Below the pieces are notes generated by a model. That model was not told where the DNA came from. It was given only the letters and a program-made list of their open reading frames with translations, and did not search any database. A program made the translations under genes and the position numbers. From the NCBI GenBank assembly GCA_018673925.1, contig JABHBL010000019.1, positions 45,960 through 109,959 of the forward strand: a DNA stretch of 64,000 nt, in the 5' to 3' direction. Positions 50,095 to 60,075 of the stretch are shown here, in pieces (position 1 is the first letter of the stretch; every line of letters starts with the position of its first letter). The DNA is from Fidelibacterota bacterium. GTDB taxonomy: Bacteria; Fidelibacterota; UBA8477; JABMPR01.

Positions 50095-51033
50095 TTGCGA
50101 AAAGCAGTTGTAGCTTTAGGTGGAAATGCTATCTCCCCACCTGGCGAAGTTGATTCAATTCGGAACCAGTTCAAGCACACCCGTGCCAGCCTGGGATCTA
50201 TTGTTGACCTCTTAAAACAGGATATTATTCCTGTCATTACTCATGGTAATGGTCCACAGGTAGGCAATGCTGCGCTACGTACTGAAGAACTGGCAGAATC
50301 CATCCCTTATTTACCACTGGGTATCAATGTTGCCGATACTGAAGGCGGCATGGGTTATATGATAGAACAATCCCTGATCAACCGGCTCAGATCAGACGGA
50401 ATTCATCGACAGGTTGTCACCTTGATCTCTCAAGTTTTGGTCGATGAAAATGATCCCTCCATTCAGAATCCCACCAAGTATATAGGTACTGAATTGCCTG
50501 AAGACGAAGCTCGGGAAAAAGCTGCTCAATTTGGCTGGAGTATCAAGAAGTTGGATAATGGCAATTGGAGACGGGTCGTACCCTCGCCTGAGCCTATCGA
50601 TATTATTAATTCTAAGGTCATTAGCGAACTTATAGAGGCTGGTCATATTGTCATCGCAGTTGGTGGTGGTGGAGTCCCGGCCTTTCGAGATGTTGATGAC
50701 AACCTTGAAGGTCTTGATGCAGTCATTGATAAGGATAAGGCTTCTGCCCTACTGGGTACCCAGATTGGTGCTGAACTACTCTATATCTTTACCAATGTGG
50801 AACGTGTCTCATTGAATTTTGGCAAAGAGAATGAACAACTTCTGGCAAATATTACGCTAGCAGAAGCAAAACAGTATCTGACTGAGGGGCATTTCCCTCC
50901 TGGAAATATGGGACCAAAGATCGAAGCCAGTATCAATTTTCTTGAAGGTGGTGGAAAGCAGGTCATTATCACCAGTATTGAGGGCATCCAAAAAGATTCT
51001 TCAGGACAAAATGGAACCATTATAACACACTGA
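50095..51033 (+). CDS. arcC: carbamate kinase
   Basis: VVALGGNAI, HGNGPQVG, C-terminal ...GGGKQVIITS; start moved to TTG 50095, 7 nt after GAAGGAGA (ORF-track ATG 50068 has no SD). Confidence 0.8.
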   Translation: MRKAVVALGGNAISPPGEVDSIRNQFKHTRASLGSIVDLLKQDIIPVITHGNGPQVGNAALRTEELAESIPYLPLGINVADTEGGMGYMIEQSLINRLRSDGIHRQVVTLISQVLVDENDPSIQNPTKYIGTELPEDEAREKAAQFGWSIKKLDNGNWRRVVPSPEPIDIINSKVISELIEAGHIVIAVGGGGVPAFRDVDDNLEGLDAVIDKDKASALLGTQIGAELLYIFTNVERVSLNFGKENEQLLANITLAEAKQYLTEGHFPPGNMGPKIEASINFLEGGGKQVIITSIEGIQKDSSGQNGTIITH

Positions 51034-51096
51034 TTTATATATAAAATATGTCTCATTTATGACTGAGATACTGACAAAAAAAAGAGGAAGTAATAC

Positions 51097-52260
51097 ATGA
51101 ACATTCATGAGTATCAGGCGAAAGAGATCTTTCGGAAATACAATGTCCCGGTTCCCAACGGTGGCGTTGCATATTCTGTTGAAGAGGCTTTAAATGTAGC
51201 CAAATCTCTTGACTCAAGCATCTTTGTAGTCAAAGCCCAGATTCATGCAGGGGGACGCGGTAAGGCCGGCGGTGTGAAAATTGCTAAAAACCTTGACGAA
51301 GTAACACTGCACGCCAATGAAATATTAGGTAAAACACTGGTAACTCACCAGACAGGACCTGCTGGAAAAACGGTAGGACGTCTACTGGTTGAAGAGGGTA
51401 TCGATATTGCCAGAGAGCTATATATGGGGATTGTTCTGGATCGGCAAACCGGACAGTTCGTGTTTATGGTTTCTGTTGAAGGTGGTATGGAAATTGAAAA
51501 AGTTGCCTCTGAAACTCCAGAAAAGATCATTAAGGAGTGGATTGAACCCGGTATGGGTCTCCAGGCTTTCCAGGCTAGGAAGTTAGCCTATGCTCTGGGT
51601 CTTCAGGGAGTTCAAGTCAGAGAAGCTGTCAAGTTTATGTTTGCATTGTGGAATGCTTTTAATGCTTCAGATGCATCCCTGGTAGAGATCAACCCGCTTG
51701 TTGTTACAGGTAATGGACATGTCATGGCATTGGATGCCAAAATGAATTTTGATGACAATGCACTTTACAGACAAGCTGAAATACTTGAGTATCGGGATCT
51801 CAGTGAAGAAGAACCCTCAGAAGTTGAAGCATCCAGTTATAACCTGAACTACATCAAATTGGATGGAAATGTGGGTTGTATGGTCAATGGGGCTGGTCTG
51901 GCCATGGGTACAATGGATATCATCAAATTGTATGGTGGAGAACCTGCCAATTTCCTCGATGTTGGCGGCGTTGCCAATCCTGACACTGTGTCCAATGGAT
52001 TCCGTATCATTATGAGTGACTCCAATGTTAAAGCAGTCTTGATCAACATTTTTGGTGGAATTGTCAGGTGTGATCGTGTGGCAATGGGTATCATTTTAGC
52101 ACTTGAAAAGGTGAAAGTGAATGTCCCAATCGTTGTAAGACTGGCTGGGACAAACGCAGAAGAGGGTGCTCGGCTTCTGGCTAATTCTGATATTGATTTT
52201 ATTGTTGCCACAAGTCTGGCTGAAGCTGCAGAAAAAGTAACTGCAGCCATCAAGGAGTAA
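51097..52260 (+). CDS. sucC: succinate--CoA ligase (ADP-forming) beta subunit
   Basis: [20 protein letters not shown]..., ATP-grasp plus CoA-ligase domains. Confidence 0.92.
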   Translation: MNIHEYQAKEIFRKYNVPVPNGGVAYSVEEALNVAKSLDSSIFVVKAQIHAGGRGKAGGVKIAKNLDEVTLHANEILGKTLVTHQTGPAGKTVGRLLVEEGIDIARELYMGIVLDRQTGQFVFMVSVEGGMEIEKVASETPEKIIKEWIEPGMGLQAFQARKLAYALGLQGVQVREAVKFMFALWNAFNASDASLVEINPLVVTGNGHVMALDAKMNFDDNALYRQAEILEYRDLSEEEPSEVEASSYNLNYIKLDGNVGCMVNGAGLAMGTMDIIKLYGGEPANFLDVGGVANPDTVSNGFRIIMSDSNVKAVLINIFGGIVRCDRVAMGIILALEKVKVNVPIVVRLAGTNAEEGARLLANSDIDFIVATSLAEAAEKVTAAIKE

Positions 52261-52264
52261 TCGC

Positions 52265-53137
52265 ATGATTCTAGTTAATAATGACACAAAGCTGGTTGTC
52301 CAGGGGATTACTGGCAGCGAGGGATCCTTCCACACAGCACAGATGTTGGAATATGGTACTCAGGTTGTTGCAGGCGTCACACCTGGAAAAGGTGGACAAA
52401 CTACTGAAACTGGTGTACCGATTTTCAATACAGTTCAAGAGGCAAAAGACAAAGTCCAGGCCAACACATCTGTCATTTTCGTCCCACCCCCGTTTGCCGC
52501 AGATGCTATTATGGAAGCTGTGGATGCGGAATTGGATTTGGTGATCTGTATAACTGAAGGTATTCCTACCTCTGATATGGTCAAAGTTCATGAATATATG
52601 GCTGGTAAAAAGACTCGTATGGTTGGCCCTAACTGTCCTGGTGTCATTTCACCAGGGGCTGGAAAAATTGGTATCATGCCAGGTTTTATTCATCAGGAAG
52701 GCAAAGTTGGGGTTATATCACGAAGTGGCACCCTCACCTATGAAGCTGTGCACCAATTGAGCTCTCGCGGTATTGGCCAATCCACCTGCATTGGAATTGG
52801 TGGGGATCCAATTATCGGTTCTAACTTTATTGACCTGCTCGACCTGTTTAATCAGGATGAAGGTACAGAGGCCGTGGTTATGATCGGTGAGATTGGTGGA
52901 ACCGCAGAAGAAGAAGCTGCCGAATGGGCACAGAAGAATTTCACCAAGCCTATTGTGGCATTTATTGCTGGTACCACGGCTCCTCCAGGACGCCGTATGG
53001 GTCATGCAGGTGCCATTATTTCAGGTGGCAAGGGAACTGCATCAGATAAGATTGCCGCTCTTAAAGCTGCAGGTATTGCAGTTTCTGAAAGCCCTGCTGG
53101 AATTGGTGAGCTCATGGAAGAAATTTTAAAGAAATAA
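52265..53137 (+). CDS. sucD: succinate--CoA ligase alpha subunit
   Basis: [16 protein letters not shown], catalytic His in ...GHAGAII... Confidence 0.92.
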   Translation: MILVNNDTKLVVQGITGSEGSFHTAQMLEYGTQVVAGVTPGKGGQTTETGVPIFNTVQEAKDKVQANTSVIFVPPPFAADAIMEAVDAELDLVICITEGIPTSDMVKVHEYMAGKKTRMVGPNCPGVISPGAGKIGIMPGFIHQEGKVGVISRSGTLTYEAVHQLSSRGIGQSTCIGIGGDPIIGSNFIDLLDLFNQDEGTEAVVMIGEIGGTAEEEAAEWAQKNFTKPIVAFIAGTTAPPGRRMGHAGAIISGGKGTASDKIAALKAAGIAVSESPAGIGELMEEILKK

Positions 53138-53276
53138 GGTAATGTCATCCTGGGCTCGCCTGCCTATGCCGAAGACGGTCTCCGTGCAGGCAGGTCGAAG
53201 GATGCAAAATAGAATTACCATGTGTCATACTTCGACAAGCTCAGCAAGACACATGTAACAAATAGGAGTAAAGATT

Positions 53277-53705
53277 TTGGGTAACAAAACATTCGCAATG
53301 ATCAAACCTGATGCCGTGGCATCTGGAAAACTTGGCAAAGTCATCGATGCCACCTTGCAAGCTGGTTTTTCAATTAAAGGGGGTCGTCTGACTCTGATTA
53401 CACGTGCACAGGCAGAAGAATTTTACGCTGTTCACCGGGAACGTCCTTTCTATGGAGAGCTGGTTGACTTCATGTCTTCTGGTCAAACATTTGTAATGGC
53501 ATTGGAAAAAGACAACGCTGTTCAGGCCTGGAGAGATACAATTGGTGCCACAGATCCAGCTGAAGCTGCAGATGGTACAATCCGTAAAATGTATGCAGAG
53601 AATAAGGGTAGAAATGCAGTTCATGGCTCCGACTCAGATGAGAATGCTGAGAAAGAGATTGCATTTTTCTTTAGTGGGGCTGAAATTATCGCCTCTAATC
53701 TCTAA
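53277..53705 (+). CDS. ndk: nucleoside-diphosphate kinase
   Basis: TFAMIKPDAV, NAVHGSDS active-site His; TTG start 7 nt after AGGAG. Confidence 0.9.
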   Translation: MGNKTFAMIKPDAVASGKLGKVIDATLQAGFSIKGGRLTLITRAQAEEFYAVHRERPFYGELVDFMSSGQTFVMALEKDNAVQAWRDTIGATDPAEAADGTIRKMYAENKGRNAVHGSDSDENAEKEIAFFFSGAEIIASNL

Positions 53706-53731
53706 TTATTAGCCTGTATCAGGAGGCAGAA

Positions 53732-54571
53732 ATGACTAATAATGTTCTACTTAAACGCGCTTTATTGATTCTGATAGTTCTAAGCATTATTGTCAGCTGC
53801 GACATGTGGAATAGCCGATTTGGGCGTGATGAGGTCAATCTGGGTGAATATATCACCCTCCAAGTTGATGAACCTGTCGAAGGACAGAAAATAAACTGGA
53901 TCTTTGCCCAATTACCGGATAGTAGCCAATTGCTCGGATTTCTGCCTTCTGATACACTTGATTTAGTTTCTTTTAAACCGGATTTTGCTGGAGAATATGA
54001 TGTGGTTCTTGAAGTCACAGCAGATGGTGAAACCGAACAGACCAAGTATTTTTATGAAGCTGTCATGAGTGAAGATAATACGCTGGTCGAAGGTGACATT
54101 CCAGACCATGTCATAGAGGCATCAAAAAATAACGATACCACCGTTGCAGATACACCTTCTGTAAGTCTCACTGATGAAGGTGTCCAACGACGTTATCTTT
54201 CCAAAATGAAATCTCCTGGTGAACCGAAGAAACCACGTAAAAGTATTGCAAAGAGAAAAAAAGCTGCAAAATCAAAACCTGCTGTAACCAGTCGCGGAAA
54301 TCTTATTCCGCTGGCTTCAAGAACGTATACAATACAGGTTTCATCCTGGCCATCACTTGATGAGGCTCAATCTGCTTCACATGACCTCCAACAAAAATAC
54401 GGTATTGATAGTTATATCCAGAGAGCCTTTTTTAAGGATAAAGATGAAATCTATTATCGTCTGCGCGTAGGAAATTTCCAGGAATCAAAAGATGCGGAAG
54501 CCTACGCCAAAGAAATCCAGGGTATGACCAGCCTCCCTGTCTGGGTTGACTTTGTTCGGCAGGAAATGTAA
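53732..54571 (+). CDS. SPOR-domain (peptidoglycan-binding) protein
   Basis: N-terminal TM; C-terminal YTIQVSSWPSLDEAQSASHDLQQKYGIDSYIQRAFFKDKDEIYYRLRVGNFQESKDAEAYAKEI = SPOR repeat. Confidence 0.65.
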   Translation: MTNNVLLKRALLILIVLSIIVSCDMWNSRFGRDEVNLGEYITLQVDEPVEGQKINWIFAQLPDSSQLLGFLPSDTLDLVSFKPDFAGEYDVVLEVTADGETEQTKYFYEAVMSEDNTLVEGDIPDHVIEASKNNDTTVADTPSVSLTDEGVQRRYLSKMKSPGEPKKPRKSIAKRKKAAKSKPAVTSRGNLIPLASRTYTIQVSSWPSLDEAQSASHDLQQKYGIDSYIQRAFFKDKDEIYYRLRVGNFQESKDAEAYAKEIQGMTSLPVWVDFVRQEM

Positions 54572-54610
54572 TCTAAATAATTATTAAAACTTCAAAGCGG
54601 AGAATCACCC

Positions 54611-55876
54611 ATGCTTGAAACTCAACTGCATTTCAATTTCAAGGATATGTTTCGTGTGCCTCGTTTAGCACTTGGCCGGAGAATGTTGGTTATGCTGGAG
54701 GCACTCCTGGCCTCATACATAGTTTATCTTTTCATGACATATCTTGCACTGCTGGTAGAAGGTCATTCCCTTGGAAGTATTTGGAATGATTTTCATCTCA
54801 TGCCATCCTCTATTCTTTGCCTGGCCGATAGTACAATTGGACACATCCTGGTAGCTCTGTCGTATACGTTTTCGATCATTATTCTCTGGTTGGGACTTAC
54901 CTCAGTAGCAAAGATTACCATAAAAGAGTATAAAGGTGACCTATTTTATTCCTCCAGAGATGGTTGGAAATGGGCTATGAAGAATTGGTTCCCCGTATTT
55001 TTTGGACCTATTTCAATTGGAATCATCGTTGGATTTTTTGTTCTGTTAGCTGCACTCTTTGGATGGTTGGCTCAATGGCCAGTTTTGGATATCATTTTTT
55101 ATGGTCTCCTCTTCGTCATTTTCCTACCCACGGCTCTCTTCCTGGCATTTTCCGCTCTGGCTTTTGGTGTTGGACTATTCATGTCACCCAGCATTGTTGC
55201 CTGTGCTGAGGAAGACACCATGGGTTCCATGTTTGGATCCTATACCTTGCTCTGGAATCAACCAGTGCGTCTAATCACCTACACGCTGATGACGATCGTT
55301 GCTGCCATGATAGGGTATCAGATATTTTATGTATTCATTCTATCTGCCTTCAAATTTATCGAAATGGTGTTTGGACATGAGATGATCATGGGCAATGCAT
55401 ATGTCGCTATTAAACAGGTAGGTATGGATTTGTTCGGGAATTACAGCTTCCTACCCTCAAGCATATTTGCCGGATATTGTAGTGATTCTACCTGTCTTTT
55501 GATGCCCGATTGTTTAAGCAGTATATATGAACCTATCGCCGCTGGTTGTGGCGGTGGAGGTTGTGGTGGTTGCGCATCTGCAGCACCTGCGGTTGTATCA
55601 GCGACAATCACTCAGACAATCACAGGGGTTGTAGTTGGCATATTTACCCTTCTGGCTCACCTGGCTGTACCAGCCTATGCGCTGGCCACAATGGCAACAG
55701 GATTCGCCACCTCATTCATCGTACTGACCAAGCACAAGGATGATCAGGATTTGATCAAACGCAAAGATGCTGATGAACGCGCAGAGGCTGAGGCCGCTGA
55801 AGCTGAAGAAGAAGCCCAGGCTGAGACTTCAGCAGATGCAGAGGAAGCTAAAACAGATGAGCCTGATACCGAATAA
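54611..55876 (+). CDS. hypothetical polytopic membrane protein with Cys/Gly cluster and acidic Ala/Glu tail
   Basis: about 8 TM; AAGCGGGGCGGCASAAPA; C-terminal DADERAEAEAAEAEEEAQAETSADAEEAKTDEPDTE. Confidence 0.4.
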   Translation: MLETQLHFNFKDMFRVPRLALGRRMLVMLEALLASYIVYLFMTYLALLVEGHSLGSIWNDFHLMPSSILCLADSTIGHILVALSYTFSIIILWLGLTSVAKITIKEYKGDLFYSSRDGWKWAMKNWFPVFFGPISIGIIVGFFVLLAALFGWLAQWPVLDIIFYGLLFVIFLPTALFLAFSALAFGVGLFMSPSIVACAEEDTMGSMFGSYTLLWNQPVRLITYTLMTIVAAMIGYQIFYVFILSAFKFIEMVFGHEMIMGNAYVAIKQVGMDLFGNYSFLPSSIFAGYCSDSTCLLMPDCLSSIYEPIAAGCGGGGCGGCASAAPAVVSATITQTITGVVVGIFTLLAHLAVPAYALATMATGFATSFIVLTKHKDDQDLIKRKDADERAEAEAAEAEEEAQAETSADAEEAKTDEPDTE

Positions 55877-55902
55877 GTCGATCACTTCATAGAAATAAAA
55901 AA

Positions 55903-55927
55903 GGCTGAGTCTGACTCAGCCTTTTTT
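55903..55927. terminator. bidirectional intrinsic terminator (GGCTGAGTCtGACTCAGCC, A6 before / T6 after)
   Basis: 9 bp perfect palindrome between convergent genes 54611-55876(+) and 55948-56445(-). Confidence 0.7.
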
Positions 55928-55947
55928 ATTGCGCATTTTGTTTTAGT

Positions 55948-56445
55948 CTAGCTCCTATGGAACCATTCATTATTTTCTTGACGGGCACGAGGTTTCCCCA
56001 GAATCTCATGGAGAATGATACCTTGCTCAATCTTTGAATAGGGTTCTAAAACCTCTTCAAGGGATTGACCACCACCTTCATGACTTTCCTCCAGCGTAGC
56101 TACCGTAGTCAAGGGATGAGCGTGGGTGTGCTCTTTCGAGCCTTCCTCATACTGTGGTGATGGCTCAATCTCCTCAACTGGAATCTCTGCTTCCTCTTCA
56201 GGTTCATATTCAGGCATGGCCTGTTGGAAAGTCAGAGGCTCCTCATCTATCTCAAACAACTCTTTCTTGAGTTGATCAAGTATCCCACCTACCTCTTTTA
56301 ACGGTTTAGAGATTGGAGATGATGATTGAGTTCCAGGTTTCTCTGTTGGTCTGGCTCTCTTCCTGGCCTTGTTTTGCTTAGACCAGGCAGAGATAGCCAT
56401 ATAAACGATAAATAGAACTATTGGACCTAGGTTGTCCAAATCCAT
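55948..56445 (-). CDS. hypothetical small membrane-anchored acidic protein (YqfB-like position downstream of floA)
   Basis: N-terminal TM then Glu/Pro-rich region; third gene of the nfeD-floA operon as in B. subtilis yqeZ-yqfA-yqfB. Confidence 0.35.
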   Translation of the reverse strand: MDLDNLGPIVLFIVYMAISAWSKQNKARKRARPTEKPGTQSSSPISKPLKEVGGILDQLKKELFEIDEEPLTFQQAMPEYEPEEEAEIPVEEIEPSPQYEEGSKEHTHAHPLTTVATLEESHEGGGQSLEEVLEPYSKIEQGIILHEILGKPRARQENNEWFHRS

Positions 56446-56457
56446 AAAGGTTAGACC

Positions 56458-57435
56458 TTACTTCTTGCTATCGGTTTTGTCCGGACCAGAAAGATTCTTC
56501 CTCATGGATGAATCAGCCTGGATGTTTTCCATCCGGTAATAGTCAAGAATACCAAGATTTCCCTGGCGGAAGGCTTCAGCCATAGCACGTGGAACTTCTG
56601 ATTCAGCTTCCACAACTTTGGCCCGCATTTCCTGGGTCTTGGCCTTCATTTCCTGTTCTTCAGCAACAGCCATGGCACGGCGTTTCTCAGCAACGGCCTG
56701 AGCAATGTTCTTATCTGCATCAGCTTGATCCATTTGGAGAGTAGCACCGATATTCTTACCGACATCTACATCAGCAATATCAATGGATAGAATCTCAAAG
56801 GCGGTTCCTGCATCGAGACCTTTGGAGAGAACATTTTTGGAAATAATATCAGGATTTTCCAATACTTGTTTATGGGATTGAGAGGAACCAATGGAACTAA
56901 CAATTCCTTCTCCAACGCGAGCCAGGACAGTCTCCTCACCAGCACCACCAATAAGACGATCGATATTGGCACGAACCGTCACTTTGGCCACTGAGAAGAG
57001 CTGAATTCCATCCTTGGCGATTGCTGAAACCCGGGGAGTTTCAATCACGCGGGGATTTACACTCATTTTCACCGCATCCAATACATCACGACCAGCTAGG
57101 TCAATGGCTGCAGCGCGTTGAAATTCCAGATCAATATTGGCTTTATCTGCTGCGATGAGAGCCAGAACAACTTTGTTCACATCTCCTCCAGCAAGATAAT
57201 GGGCTTCAAGAACGTTGGTATCCATATCCAGACCGGCTTTTCTCGCACTCACCAGAGAATTGATAATCAGTGGTGGTGGAATCCGGCGAAGTCTCATTCC
57301 GATGAGAGTCAATAGGCCGACATAAACTTGTGCAGCTGCTGCACTTATCCACAATCCAATTGGAATGAAATAGGTAAATAGAACTAGAAAGGCGACAAGG
57401 CCAATCAGTATGAACATCAATGGTATAGCTTCCAC
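56458..57435 (-). CDS. floA: flotillin-like protein FloA (SPFH/band-7, YqfA/UPF0365)
   Basis: N-terminal TM hairpin then ...[43 protein letters not shown]... diagnostic of FloA. Confidence 0.8.
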   Translation of the reverse strand: MEAIPLMFILIGLVAFLVLFTYFIPIGLWISAAAAQVYVGLLTLIGMRLRRIPPPLIINSLVSARKAGLDMDTNVLEAHYLAGGDVNKVVLALIAADKANIDLEFQRAAAIDLAGRDVLDAVKMSVNPRVIETPRVSAIAKDGIQLFSVAKVTVRANIDRLIGGAGEETVLARVGEGIVSSIGSSQSHKQVLENPDIISKNVLSKGLDAGTAFEILSIDIADVDVGKNIGATLQMDQADADKNIAQAVAEKRRAMAVAEEQEMKAKTQEMRAKVVEAESEVPRAMAEAFRQGNLGILDYYRMENIQADSSMRKNLSGPDKTDSKK

Positions 57436-57455
57436 AATTCCTCCTGTGTTAATTA

Positions 57456-58805
57456 TTAAACTTGTTTGTCCACAACCACTCGATTTCCATCTATCCGAAT
57501 GATTGTAACTTCTGAGTCTTTATCAATAAAGGTGCCTTGGGTAACAACATCTACCCTCTGTCCTTCGATCAGTGCGGTTCCAGCGGGTCTAAGGGATGTT
57601 ATGGCAACACCACTCTTCCCCACCATTTCTTCTAGTCCCAGACTTCCGCTATATCCCTCAGCCTGAGTTTCGGTTTCTGGTAGACTGATTCTCTGCCAGG
57701 CCTTCGTTTTAAGCATTCGTTTAACCATAAGACCCAAGCCGATCAGGCCGCCAATAATGGCAATAACCAATCCCCAGAGAGCTGCATTAATATCACCAGA
57801 AGTTGGCGCTATGGGCAGCAGCATGGTAAACATGGCATAAATCATGACAATTATACCAAGAATTCCCACCACTCCGAACCCGGGAATTACAAAAGCTTCG
57901 ATCCCAAGTAGGACAATACCTCCAATCAAGAACAATAACTCCATCATACTGGCTAAGTCTGCGATAAATGATGTGGAGAAGAAGAGAAAAAGAGCGAGTA
58001 ATCCCACGGTTCCAGGTATTCCCCAACCTGGACTCTGGATTTCAAAGATAAGTCCTAAAAATCCAAGTGTCATGAGTAGCGAACTGACGATGGGGTCTGT
58101 AAGGAAGCGAACAATGGATTCAGACCAGGTGGGAACGACATTAATAATTTCCTTATCTGAAAAACCGAAATGGTCAAGGACTTCACCCATTGAATCCATT
58201 TGGTAGTCAGCCATTCCATATTTCAAAGCTGTAGAGGTTCTCAAGGTAAGTAATTTGCCTTCGTTGGCTCCCTCGATGTCATCAAGAAAAAGCGTATCCC
58301 CTTCTGCAGAAACCAGTGTATCAATATCCAGGGATTCATCTACCATGGCCATGGCAATATCCGGGTTGCGTCCTTTAGATTCAGCAGTTGAGGCCATTTC
58401 CTCACGCATATAGGACTGGGCTTTCTCACCAGCTTTCTGGCTTTGCCCATCTACGACCGTAGTTGCCCCCATAGTCGCTCCAGATCGCATAATGATGGTA
58501 TCACATGCCAATGTTATAAGAGAGCCTGCAGAGATGGCTTTGGTGTTGACGAAGGCATAAGTCTCTATTTTTGAATTTAGCAGGGCATTCTTCATCATCG
58601 TGGCAGCATCCACTCTTCCACCAAAGGTATCCATATCCAGGATGATGGCATCACCTCCGGCTGCATTTAATGAGGGAATCTGGCGTTCAAAGAAATATGC
58701 CAATCCCATATCAATGGTTCCCTTTACCTCAAGAATATAGACCTGTGGGAAAATGAGGATGGGTAATAACAAAAGCAGGAATATTCGTCGCATAGCTGAT
58801 CCCAT
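57456..58805 (-). CDS. NfeD-family membrane protein (ClpP-class serine protease domain + OB-fold; YqeZ-like)
   Basis: signal peptide; ClpP/crotonase-fold [15 protein letters not shown]...[14 protein letters not shown]...[13 protein letters not shown]; about 5 TM; C-terminal beta-barrel; immediately upstream of floA. Confidence 0.75.
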   Translation of the reverse strand: MGSAMRRIFLLLLLPILIFPQVYILEVKGTIDMGLAYFFERQIPSLNAAGGDAIILDMDTFGGRVDAATMMKNALLNSKIETYAFVNTKAISAGSLITLACDTIIMRSGATMGATTVVDGQSQKAGEKAQSYMREEMASTAESKGRNPDIAMAMVDESLDIDTLVSAEGDTLFLDDIEGANEGKLLTLRTSTALKYGMADYQMDSMGEVLDHFGFSDKEIINVVPTWSESIVRFLTDPIVSSLLMTLGFLGLIFEIQSPGWGIPGTVGLLALFLFFSTSFIADLASMMELLFLIGGIVLLGIEAFVIPGFGVVGILGIIVMIYAMFTMLLPIAPTSGDINAALWGLVIAIIGGLIGLGLMVKRMLKTKAWQRISLPETETQAEGYSGSLGLEEMVGKSGVAITSLRPAGTALIEGQRVDVVTQGTFIDKDSEVTIIRIDGNRVVVDKQV

Positions 58806-58884
58806 TAATTTTGATTTCTAGAGCATAATAATTGTGGGCAAAGATAACCTATAAAATCTCAGGTCGGTAAGGTTTTCGGATAAA

Positions 58885-59565
58885 TCAGGGGTCTTCCATA
58901 CGCATTTGTACGTTACCATACTTGGTATCAATCTCAATCCTCAATGGTGTATGTGGGTAGGATTTTGAATATAGCATAGAGAGTTGAATCTGATTTGCTC
59001 GAGACTTCCGAGTACTGTTGAGGGGTGTCAATCGCCAGCCTGGCTTCTCAAAAGGTTTGAAGAGTGATGGTTTGCCAATTTTTTCAACCAGAAGCATCAG
59101 CACACCGGATCCACGACCATCCCACATACGATATTGTAATGTATCACCGTGCTGAAATTTGGTAAGAGACAAATCATAGAGAAGACTGGGAATATCTCTC
59201 AATCCCTGGATGTCAACTTCCTTATCCTTGCCATTTACTGTAGCGAAGTTGCTGTCACTAAAAGTCACTTCATAGTTCCTATGATAGGAACCTTCATGAA
59301 TAGCCTTGGTGTGTTTGACAAGACGACCCACATCAATGAGATACTCTGTCATCACAGAATCAGAAAGCGTCCATAAGGTCGATAGCCAGGGAGAAGATTC
59401 GATTACAAAGATGCTGTTTAGAACATCGTCCTCCACGGTGTGGATCAGCGTGGCCATGCCTGCTTGAACCAATCCATATTTTACCTTATATGAATAGGTC
59501 TGAGCAGATGCCCCTGTTGCAGACAGAAGCATGACAAAGAGTAATATTTTGTGCATCATATTCAC
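58885..59565 (-). CDS. secreted hypothetical protein (DUF3108-like?)
   Basis: signal peptide LSATGASAQ; beta-rich; family guess weak. Confidence 0.3.
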   Translation of the reverse strand: MNMMHKILLFVMLLSATGASAQTYSYKVKYGLVQAGMATLIHTVEDDVLNSIFVIESSPWLSTLWTLSDSVMTEYLIDVGRLVKHTKAIHEGSYHRNYEVTFSDSNFATVNGKDKEVDIQGLRDIPSLLYDLSLTKFQHGDTLQYRMWDGRGSGVLMLLVEKIGKPSLFKPFEKPGWRLTPLNSTRKSRANQIQLSMLYSKSYPHTPLRIEIDTKYGNVQMRMEDP

Positions 59566-59585
59566 AGATTCAGAAGCTAGACGGG

Positions 59586-60071
59586 ATGCTTACATTCCTC
59601 AAGCTTTTTGTCTATCCATTCCTAACGATACAATTAAATTCTTCCATGCAAATGAAGCTTCCCAAGCGTTTTATTTCCTTCACCTTTGTCGGTATATCCG
59701 GTATTGTCGTCAATAGTGCGATTCTGTATTACGCCAAGGAATATCTGTATGTTCCCATTCCCATAGCATCCCTCATCGCCATCCAGCTTGCCATATTCAA
59801 TAATTTTTTCTGGAATCACCGATTCACCTGGACTGATCGTGAGATGAAGGGATTTCAGGCCATTCGAACTGGTTTGATCAGGTTTACACTTGTCAGTTGG
59901 ATTGCCGGAGGGCTCAACTGGATTATCCTGCTCCTGCTACACCACTATGTAGGAATTCATTACATTCTGGCAAATCTCATCGCCATTTTTATAGCATCTA
60001 TCCTAAATTATTTTTTGAATGATTTGTGGACATTCCGTCACCCGGGTAGTAACGAGAAAGCTGAAGCCTGA
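59586..60071 (+). CDS. GtrA-family membrane protein (polysaccharide synthesis)
   Basis: 161 aa, 4 TM; FVGISGIVVNSAILYYAKEYL...FFWNHRFTW GtrA signature. Confidence 0.7.
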   Translation: MLTFLKLFVYPFLTIQLNSSMQMKLPKRFISFTFVGISGIVVNSAILYYAKEYLYVPIPIASLIAIQLAIFNNFFWNHRFTWTDREMKGFQAIRTGLIRFTLVSWIAGGLNWIILLLLHHYVGIHYILANLIAIFIASILNYFLNDLWTFRHPGSNEKAEA

Positions 60072-60075
60072 TCGG

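Noticed and set aside
53138-53276. Imperfect inverted repeat CCTGCCTATGCC...GTGCAGGCAGG between sucD and ndk
   Set aside because: Stem has several mismatches and no T-run; it could be a REP-like element or a weak attenuator but is not supportable as a terminator.
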